Origin: Octopus sinensis
Lineage: Eukaryota
DNA length: 64,000 nucleotides
Assembly (NCBI RefSeq): GCF_006345805.1
Contig: NC_042998.1
Span: 64,542,001 to 64,606,000 of the forward strand
Direction of reading: 5' to 3'
Of the stretch, positions 53,841-64,000 are shown in pieces. The translations under genes and the position numbers were made by a program. Every line of letters starts with the position of its first letter. Position 1 is the stretch's first letter. Below the pieces are notes generated by a model, which worked only from the letters and a program-made list of their open reading frames with translations, did not search any database and had not been told where the DNA came from.

Positions 53841-55351
53841 ATATATATAATGTATGTATGTATGTATGTATGTATATGCGTGTGTATATGCATATAGATT
53901 AGTGTGTTTCCGGAAAAGCTCATAAACGGCCATTTCCGTTGTGTCAAAATGATTCAGAGGTAAAATGAAGTAATTTAAACTTTGAAGATCGCAGTCATCG
54001 CACGCATTAAACTTTGTATATTCAAGTATATCCTAAATACCTGAATACATTGAAATTTCATATGTAGTAAGCCAATCTCACTAAAATCAACCCATAAATA
54101 ATGCTACGATATCAGGTAATCTTCTCAAAATAGCTTTTACAAGTCGTATTGTTATAGCAATAGTGTAAATTTATTCCTACGACAAGTTTCTGTTTGTTAC
54201 AAAATTTAAACACATTTTAACGAAATATTTGCTCTGTTATATGAAAGAGGCTTGCATTTTAAATAATTCATTTTAATACAAAGATGTAAATATTGCGTCA
54301 TGTAACTGAAAGTATGGTTACTTAATATAAAATATTCATCAATGCACCAAAATTGAAAATACTTCCCATAATAAAATGTCAAATGATACGTTAAAAGATG
54401 AGTTCAAAGACACATGTTCATACTCACTCACACACATATACGCGAGCGCACACATACATATATAAGTATAGATATCGATATAGATACATAAATAAACACA
54501 TACATGGTGATTTCTCCATCTTCACAGATGATTGCCGTCTGCTTGTATTTCCTCATTGTAACTAGCATTTCTGACTTACACTCGATTATGTCTCACACGA
54601 GTATTCAATCCTGTTGCAGATCTGTACGGTTTCAAGCATAGGTGGGAATTGAATTCTGTAAATTACAGTGCGCTTCCACATCATTTGTTCTGCACAGATC
54701 ACCACTCTTTCATCGTCATTGGATTTTCTGTAGATGGAATAACAAATAAGTCACCATAAAGAGACATTTGTACGCCATTTGATTAAAGTAAGAAACGCTT
54801 ATACAACATCAATAACATTCTGAGTCTCTGTGTGTAGCAGATGGTGACAAGTTGATGCAAGATGGCCAGAAATCACGTGAAACTGTAGGTGTTACATCAA
54901 GTGTCCTCTCCCAGAAGGTTGCTGCAAAACCCACTAAGGGTTCCCACTCCTTGTGCTGTTACTGCGCATCTCTGTGCTCTGATCGCTTGCCATCACACAT
55001 ACTAGCTAACGCATAGTTGTGACCTTGATATGAATATATCATACATATATGATACAAAGATGTAAATATTGCGTCATGTAACTGAAAGTATGGTTACTTA
55101 ATAAAAAATATTCATCAAAATATTCATTAAAACAGGAATACTGGTAGAAGGCATCAATATATAAACCAATCCAGTACAAACACAACATAATTGATAGCAC
55201 ACATACGTGCGCGCGCACATACATATATAAATATATAGATTCAGATGAATTATTTACTTAAGTTGAAGCACCAGAATTTAGTACGGTATTATCCATACAG
55301 TTTCAAATAAGGTGATTAAAATCAAAATAAGCAACAGGATATCCAGAGTTA

Positions 55352-55438
55352 ATGCCGTACGATTGTTTCAAGCGACTCCATTTAATTGACAAAGCAATAA
55401 TTATATAAATTTAAATGTAGAGCAATCCTCAGCTGCAT
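55352..55438 (-). ncRNA. Type I hammerhead ribozyme with long stem II (slightly decayed)
   Basis: atgcag-CTGAGGA-ttgctc..catttaa..ttaaatggag..gctt-GAAAC-aatc-GTA-cggcat. Confidence 0.65.
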
Positions 55439-55699
55439 AAATACATAGAATTAAATAAAATTAAAACAGATGGACACATTAGTATAATTTTACCTAAAAC
55501 CTCTCAGAAGGTAAGGAGATAGACAAAGATCATGCTGTCTTCTCTTCAGCTTAGAAGCTACGAAGGTATCAGGAATAAAAACTTGTTAGAGATATATAAA
55601 TATATATATAAAGCACATAGCAAACTCTCTGCCTGGTTCTTGGTTATCAAAAAATATCGTTGTTAAAGCAAAAATGTAAATCCAGTCCCAGCCTACTTC

Positions 55700-55930
55700 T
55701 GAATCTTCAAAATTTGCGAAAATTCACTCGTCCGTGATAAAATATACTCCTCCAGTACTGTTCTGACCTCGTCAACACAATTATTTTTCCTTCCAAAAGA
55801 TATTGAAGACTGCAGACAATAATCAGTTCTCCGGCGAATATGGTGTGTGGGGCATCGTTCGCTAGTGAAACTGCTCCAGGCTTTGGTATCGTTATTAGTA
55901 TATATTCACGCCTATCATTCATTTCATAAG
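55700..55930 (-). mobile_element. Mariner 3' remnant
   Basis: Similar to 57590-57765 (cctcc..cagtact..gacctc, tgaagactgc, ccggcgaat..ggggcatcgtt). Confidence 0.5.
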
Positions 55931-56293
55931 CCGCAAAGTTCGTAAAGATCGTGCTACAGTCTCCCTACATTTCACAATGGTTGAGCGTAACGCGGGTGGT
56001 GCGTTAGAAAACAAATGCTTGACCTGATAACATCAGTGAAAACAACAACACTGTGCATCTAATCGAGGACAAATTAAGGTAACACACACACACACCCGAG
56101 TGCGCAAACAGTGTTTGTCTCTTAATTGATCATCATTCATACCGTGTTCACTGAATGGTACAATTTCAAATCATTTTTCACGAGAGACATGCACTACAAT
56201 AGCAGTTGGTTGTGGCGTTATTCTGATCAAAGAACCGGGTACATTTTATATGGTGCGTACGTTCCGCATGAACTTCACAACCGTGTATATATG

Positions 56294-56349
<56 letters not shown>

Positions 56350-56564
56350 AACCAGCATTACTAGTATATATGTATTTATATATATATATAAAAATTAATT
56401 GTTATCGCCATATTAATATGGCATTCTTATAGATATAAGAATAATCGCTGCCGCTGGTCAGCTCCATGAGGCCACCGCTTTAAGATAGCTATTGATACAC
56501 GATCTGTATCCATTATAACCTTCGAACAAGGGAGGTCAGCCGCTTCACACTGCCAGTCCGACAG

Positions 56565-56604
56565 CTACAGACGCGTTTCGGGGTATTGCCCCTTGTCAAT
56601 AGAG
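56565..56604 (-). ncRNA. Minimal type I hammerhead with a U3-A8 core variant
   Basis: ctcta-TTGACAA-gggg-caata-cccc-GAAAC-gc-GTC-tgtag. Confidence 0.65.
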
Positions 56605-56837
56605 ACTTAGTAATTTTAATATTTCTATAATATATATATATATATTGTAACTAGCATCTCAGAATGTTATTCATGTTGTATAAGCGTTTCTTACTTTAAT
56701 CAAGTGGCGTACAGATGTCTCGTTATGGTGACTCATTTGTTATTCCATCTACAGAAAATCAATGCTGCATTGATGAATATTTTATATTAAGTAACCATAC
56801 TTCCAGTTACATGACGCAATATTTACATCTTTGTAAG

Positions 56838-57140
56838 TGGAGGCGCAATGGCCCAGTGGTTAGGGCGGCGGACGCGCGGTCGGAGGATCGCGGTTTCGAT
56901 TCCCAGACTGGGCGTTGTGTGAGTTTATTGAGCTCAAACACCTAAAAGCTGCACGAGGCTCCGGCAGGGGATGGTGGTGATCCCTGCTGTACTCTTTCGC
57001 CACAACTTTCTCTCATTCTTTCTTCTGTTGGCCTGCTCGCTTAGCCAGCGGGGTGGCGTCATTTGAAGGCTAAAAAAAACAATGCGAAGCGCATTGTGAC
57101 CAGCGATGTGTAGCAACATCTGATAGCCTGGTCGGTTATG
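56838..57140 (+). mobile_element. tRNA-derived SINE
   Basis: tggcccagtggttagg A box; ggtttcgattccc B box; ends at (TA)n. Confidence 0.82.
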
Positions 57141-57188
57141 GTGATATATATATATATGCGTCTGTTTGTGTGTGTATGCGTGTGTGTG

Positions 57189-57229
<41 letters not shown>

Positions 57230-57399
57230 ACATATATGTGTGTGCGTGTGTGTGTATGTACCCGTGTGTATCTCTATATATATTCTACCAGCTGGTAAAA
57301 AGAACAAAGGAAAATTGAACTGTGATCGAAGACTCCTTTGCGTGCTATGATCAGTCATCGCTGACCAAGACTCAATGTTTCAGAATTTTGATAAGGTCC

Positions 57400-58252
57400 A
57401 GGAGGCTGTGGGTGGAAAGCAATGTGGTTTAGGTGATATGATCCCTTCCAGCATTAGATTAATATAATGTACGTCTAACACTACGTAGTATCCATTTTAC
57501 ACGCGGATCAGATTCTAAAATATACTCGCCTTCTTTTCTACAACACTCTATCATATACCTACCAGATTTTCAAGGTCCCTCTTCCAAAAATCACTTGTCC
57601 GTGACTAAAAATAATCCTCCATCCAGTACTATTGTGATCTCATCTATATCATTCATATTTTTGCCGCCCAAGTTATTTTGAAGACTGCGAAGTAAATGAG
57701 AATCATATGGGTAAATGTCCGGCGAATGGTGGGGCATCGTTTCCCGTTCAAACTGTTCCAACCTGAATGTGGCGGAGCATTACCATGAAGGCAGAACACA
57801 TTTCGTCTCGAAACCGAAGATGGTCATTTTTCTTCTATTGCTAACTGGTTGAATGACGAAACAGAAGCTTCTCTGCTAGTTCTTCATTAGTTACGATGTG
57901 ATGCTGTTGTTTCCGCCACGGGATTTCTAGAACCACCGCTAACACACAGGCTCACGCTTATTATCCGATCCCCTTATGCTGTATTAATATTCCTCGCCCT
58001 TTCTGTTGCATTATTGCCTTTATTGAACTCATAAAGCAAAATATAACGAATGTTTTCCTTTGCCACTTCCATTATAGCTTTAAAAAAAAATTACTGTAAA
58101 AATCGAACTGCACTCTTCAAACCTTGCACTATAAGTAAATACTAGGTAAAATTACTACCTGCTTTTATAACAAGCAGGTAGTTTATACCGTCCCTCTTCG
58201 ACTTTTTTTTCACGCAATTGAAAACACTGCATTATTTATGGGTTGACCCAAT
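57400..58252 (-). mobile_element. Decayed mariner element, same family as 48170-49104
   Basis: Shared end ctgcattatttatggg..cccaata and shared HTH-coding region. Confidence 0.8.
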
Positions 58253-59389
58253 ATATTCACATGTTACAAATTGAATTACTTGATCAGGTTACTTGGCTAC
58301 TTAAAGTTACGTTATCTCAAGAATTTTTTTTTTTATCAATTTGTAAAATGTTTCTCACTAACACTTCAGATAAATCTATGCATCCGCCTTTGACTTCCAT
58401 GACTCTCGCAGTGCTGGTCTGCAAGGTTTGACGTGTTTGTACGAGATATCCCTGTTTTATTTTAGACATTTCTTTGACAATGTTGCCTCTATTAAATGTG
58501 TGCTATTGCGAAGATATCTTCATTTCGAGCATTTGTTGTTACATGTTCGTAAATATTTTCAGACATCAATACTTGGCTTTTGTTGGATTTTAAAGGTGTA
58601 TTGTTAAGACACGTATGACCTTCCACTCAGTCACTCACTCTTCCAGGGTATTTCCAACGCCATCATACCTCAGCACGACCAACAGCATTCCTTCTACGAC
58701 GTAGAGAATTTTACCTCACTACGTATAAGAGAATCAAAATTTCTAAAAACTTAGCGTGCATCAGAAGATCTGCAGAATACAAAATACGCCAGCATTTCAA
58801 TGAGAACCAACGTTTAAACGTTAGCTGCCTATGTATATTTTATTAGACGAATAAAAAGAAGAAATTTGTTGAAACATCATATTCTTCTTCAATCAATTTT
58901 AATCATCCGGCAAGAAATGTAATTAGACACAATCATATGTGTAAGACGTGACGCTGTTTGTTGTAGATTAAGGAATGAAATACCAAGATTCCATTATGTT
59001 ATCAGAGAGGAAATGTATTGTAATTAAGTGTATCCAATTAATTTAACGTCATCATTTAGCGTTAATTTTCTCTTCAATATTTTAAAGAAAAAGACACAAT
59101 TTTCTCAATAATTTGAAACAACCTTAATCAATTATTCCGTCATTTGTTAGGGAATCATTTGGTAATTAATATCCATCTGTTTTTGTTTCCCATATGATAT
59201 ATTAAAACTGTTTAATTTGTAAAAATAATAAATAATTAACAATGTATTACTATATTTCGAAACGAATGCTGTTGTTGTCCACGGAAATTGATTAAAACAA
59301 TTTTAGCAGTAATATATTGTTATTTCTTGTTATAATGGGTCGATTCAAGATCATGATGCATATATATATATAATGGGACAAGACATATG

Positions 59390-59439
<50 letters not shown>

Positions 59440-59510
59440 TATATATAATGGGACAAGATATATGTATATATATATATATATATATTATATAATATATATA
59501 TATTATATAT

Positions 59511-59596
<86 letters not shown>

Positions 59597-61215
59597 TCTA
59601 TATATACAATTAAGTTGTAGCTTAATAATTACGATGCACAGTCTTCTATCTCTACTATCTGTTCGGTGCCTATCTCTCTTCCTCTCTTGTTCTTCATCCT
59701 TTCTGGTTTTCTCTCCCACCCTTCTTCTCTTCGCCCTTCTTCACCGTTCCCTCTCTCTCACACTCTTCCTCCTTGACTCTCTCAACGCTGACACGTGACG
59801 AAATGGAATCTATATTTCTGCCCATTTCCTTCCTGAAGACAACGCGCACTTATACATGTCTCCTCTCATAAGCTCGTCCTCCTAGCATTCATAATAATTT
59901 TTCTATCGTCGTGGCTTAACAGCTCTCACCATTTGTTTTTACTGTCTTATTTTCACTGTCCTGTTCTTGCTACCACTTTTACCCTCCGCAAAAAAAATTC
60001 CAAATTTCATTGAATTTGCCTTGCGGGAAGGACTGTTTCAACGAATTCACGTATTGTCCTTGCCTTCGATTGCGCGGAGTAGATGAAACAGGGACAACTG
60101 ATGAAGGTGAATATTATTTATGTTGCATGTCTCGTTCCTCTGTTTTATGTTTCGTTGTTCGAAAAATTAATTGTGTATGTTTTTGTTTTTACTTTATCGT
60201 TTCTCATTGTGTTCAACGTTTTTTATGCCCTGTACCCATATGTTCATGTATATATATATATATATATATATATAGATATGCACATATATATATGTATATA
60301 TGCATATATATATATGTGTGTGTGTGTGTTTGCTTGCTTTCAGCTACTGTAGCAAATTACATGTATTGCTTGCCTTTTAAAAAATGTAGAGGGCAGACAT
60401 TGACAATGCGGAGGATATAGACAATTGCATTAAAATGTGAGTTATAAATTCAGTTGACAGATATTTTAATGTAAGGAAAAATGAGACAGGTTTGCCTTAA
60501 CATGCATGGTAATTGCAAAAAAATATTTATTCATGAGCCTATAATCATTTTTGAGCATGTGGATTTTTTTTTTTGAAAGGACAAGTACATATCTATCTGT
60601 AATTTTCTTTCGATGTGGAAACTAATCCATTAATATTTCCCAGAGATGTTATTTATTCTATAATAGCTATATCTTTATGAATTACTTAAATGAATTACAT
60701 CAATATCTATGCCCAGCAATTCACTATTTGATATTTCCTATTTGAAAATTAGTTGTTACTTATGAAATATAGCAACGACAATTAAATGAGTTTTAGGAGA
60801 ACGGTTCTTATATGAAAACTGCTACTTTGAGAAATGCTAGTTTAACGAAAACAACTAGGCAAAGTTCTAGTCGTTCAACTTTCCATAAAAATTGTTGTCA
60901 TTGTTTGGTCATTCTTTCAGCTATTACTTGCAAAGAAATCATTGATCTGTTTTATTTAAGTTAGCAGATATACATAATTCTAATTTCTATCGACCTTATA
61001 TACACCCACATCTTATGTATCTTCGAGAAAGCAGTGTAATGTGGTATTGCATATTAAAGGAAAACACAAGAGATACTAGTTATTCTACTGCAGGTAAAGA
61101 TAAAACATTTCAGACCGCTATACACTTGTTTTTTTTTTCTAACATCTCTCTATCCTTTCTAATACGCACATAAACCTATTTATACTTTATATAATTTTTC
61201 TTGTTCTATCCATCC

Positions 61216-61343
<128 letters not shown>

Positions 61344-61355
61344 CATACACACACA

Positions 61356-61441
<86 letters not shown>

Positions 61442-61726
61442 ATATATATAAAATAGGATAAGAACGCAAAACATCCAAACAGACGATACAGAAGACACGG
61501 ACGGGTCATTCGAAGCCTTTAATCTTCAGTCAAGAACCGGACCATCCTCGCAATTTCGGCTGATTAATCCTGAAATTGCTCCAATCTGGCCAGCCCCAAG
61601 GAAAAACTAAGCTAAGAGCATTAGATTCCTTGCTTAAAGGATCGAATTATACGAAACAAGGACGGGAAAACGGACGATGGTACACGAATATAAATACAAA
61701 ACTAATGCGAATATAAATACAAAAAG

Positions 61727-61727
61727 C

Positions 61728-61766
<39 letters not shown>

Positions 61767-61816
61767 TACAATAATAATAATAATAATCATAAAAATGAAA
61801 ATAATAATAATAATAA

Positions 61817-61861
<45 letters not shown>

Positions 61862-61894
61862 TACAATAATAATAATAATAATCATAAAAATGAA

Positions 61895-61935
<41 letters not shown>

Positions 61936-62281
61936 TAAAAAGAAGGTACTGAAACATATTTGAAAATGATTCCAGGCTTACCATCCCCACAGGAAGTGCA
62001 AAAGAACTGGAACGGCTCATGTACTGAGAAGAGCATTATTGCTGTGAAAACAACATCCATCCATGAATTTATTTTTTTATTAATTTTAAATACATATTTT
62101 TATCTGTGAATTTGCTTGTGTAATCTGGGAATGCATACAATGAGCTTCTCTGCCGTAGGTGTATGGAAAACACTCAACGAGAAACGGAAGAAAATTTGAA
62201 GAAAGAAGGAAAAAAACTAATAATAATAATAATAATAATAATAATTACAATAATAATAATAATAATAATAATAAAAATGAA

Positions 62282-62358
<77 letters not shown>

Positions 62359-62657
62359 TAAAAAGAAGGTACTGAAACATATTTGAAAATGATTCCAGGC
62401 TTACCATCCCCACAGGAAGTGCAAAAGAACTGGAACGGCTCATGTACTGAGAAGAGCATTATTGCTGTGAAAACAACACCCATCCATGAATTTATTTTTT
62501 TATTAATTTTAAATACATATTTTTATCTGTGAATTTGCTTGTGTAATCTGGGAATGCATACAATGAGCTTCTCTGCCGTAGGTGTATGGAAAACACTCAA
62601 CGAGAAACGGAAGAAAATTTGAAGAAAGAAGGAAAAAAACTAATAATAATAATAATA
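61727..62657 (+). repeat. Approximately 423-bp tandem duplication of an R4/Dong-like 3' end plus (AAT)n
   Basis: agaaggtactgaaacatatttg at 61941 and 62364; encodes KGTETYLKMIPGLPSPQEVQK. Confidence 0.9.
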
Positions 62658-64000
62658 AAAGGACATAACATCGGTCATGCGGAGAGAGGAGGTTCGTACA
62701 CATGGTCGATTGCTGGATTTACTTAATCAACCTTACCCGGACTTATGCAGCGGAGGGGAACATTTTAGATGCAAACATGTGGTCATTCATGACGGAAAGG
62801 TGTCTTTACACACAAGCACTCACAGACACACATACATCACCGACACGTACTCACACACACACAGACACACACACACATATACATATATATGATATATGTA
62901 TATATACCTATGTATATATGTATACACACAGACACACACACATACACGCACACACACACACATATGTATATATATCATCATTGTTCGACCGTGGTCGAGA
63001 CAATGGAATTTAGTATGTTACGCCAGACTTCACGGCCCATCATAGCATTACGGGGGTCCTGTTGCTGGATGCCTGATCCCTGGAGATTACATCAGGGTAG
63101 GAGAGTGCGTAACATATAAATATGTGTATGTGTATATGTATGCATGTATGTATGTATGGATTCCCACACACATATATACTCAAGTTTTCTTCGTTCCTAT
63201 TGTCTTGCAGGAACATTGATTGGAATATTTAAGACGCATATTGTTTTATTTATTTATTTTTGAAGGATATTTGTAATACAACAAATAATGTTTTTTTTTC
63301 TTTTTTTGTTAACTGGAAAAATATTTAAATGCAATTAATTCCAGTTCTGTCACAAAGCCAGCAGTTTTGAGGGCAGAAAGCACGTCCGCTACATCGACGC
63401 CAGTACTTGTCTGGTAAATTACTACATCGAACCCGAAAGGAGGAAACGCAAAGATGGTCTCGTAAAGCATCGGAAAATATACCGGTAATCCTTTTAGCCA
63501 ACGTGCTTACGATACTGCCTGCTCCCCGCCTAAAACATGGCAGACTTTTCATGGTTTATCAGAATATTACGTTAGGTTTACGATATCAACATATAGCGCA
63601 ACCACAACTTTGAGAGAAAAGAGAAATACCTAGCGCTATTTCTTTATTTTCTCATGTATATTCTGATTTCATATACCTGCATGATGTTTTCACTTAGGTC
63701 AGTTAGAACATAATAAATGTGTTTGTACGATAAATAGTTTTAATTAAATATGCATGCTTACCTCCTCCCCATGTAGTGTTAATTAATTTTATGTTTGAAA
63801 TCCAGACGATAAGAACTGGGATAAGATTCTATGAAGAACACCATCATATCATGCAGATATTTCTATAATTTAGTACGTGTTTTGGGAATTTGATGTTTAA
63901 AACTACTTAAAGATCAATTTAAATATTCACGTAAATACTTACTCTATAATTTAATGTAAAATGTATTCATTTCAACTATTATATCTTCTCATTTGGGATA

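Noticed and set aside
61457-61680. Structured repeat with ctgaaga and ccgaaa on the minus strand
   Set aside because: Several helices are possible, but I could not assemble a valid hammerhead or SECIS topology

Overview
AT-rich, microsatellite-dense eukaryotic DNA with no intact host gene. The mix of tRNA-headed SINEs, (AAT)n/(TA)n arrays and R4/Dong, CR1-group, RTE, Penelope and mariner remnants suggests a mollusc, probably a cephalopod such as an octopus (inference). There is a 100-N gap at 13519-13618. A near-identical 7.3-kb segment occurs twice in inverted orientation (6205-13518 and 31496-38810) and may be an assembly artefact. Most listed ORFs are microsatellite translations. The main signal is a high density of hammerhead ribozyme (HHR) motifs, found by eye, in several unrelated non-coding repeats. 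These include a 600-bp tandem/fold-back unit with a long-stem-II type I HHR (retrozyme or Penelope pLTR-like), a tRNA-headed SINE-like element ending in a minimal HHR, solitary long-stem-II HHRs between (TA)n runs, and a core variant with U3-A8 covariation. Two decayed Penelope-like (RT/GIY-YIG) elements in the window represent plausible partner families. All folds were paired manually, and many element boundaries are approximate.
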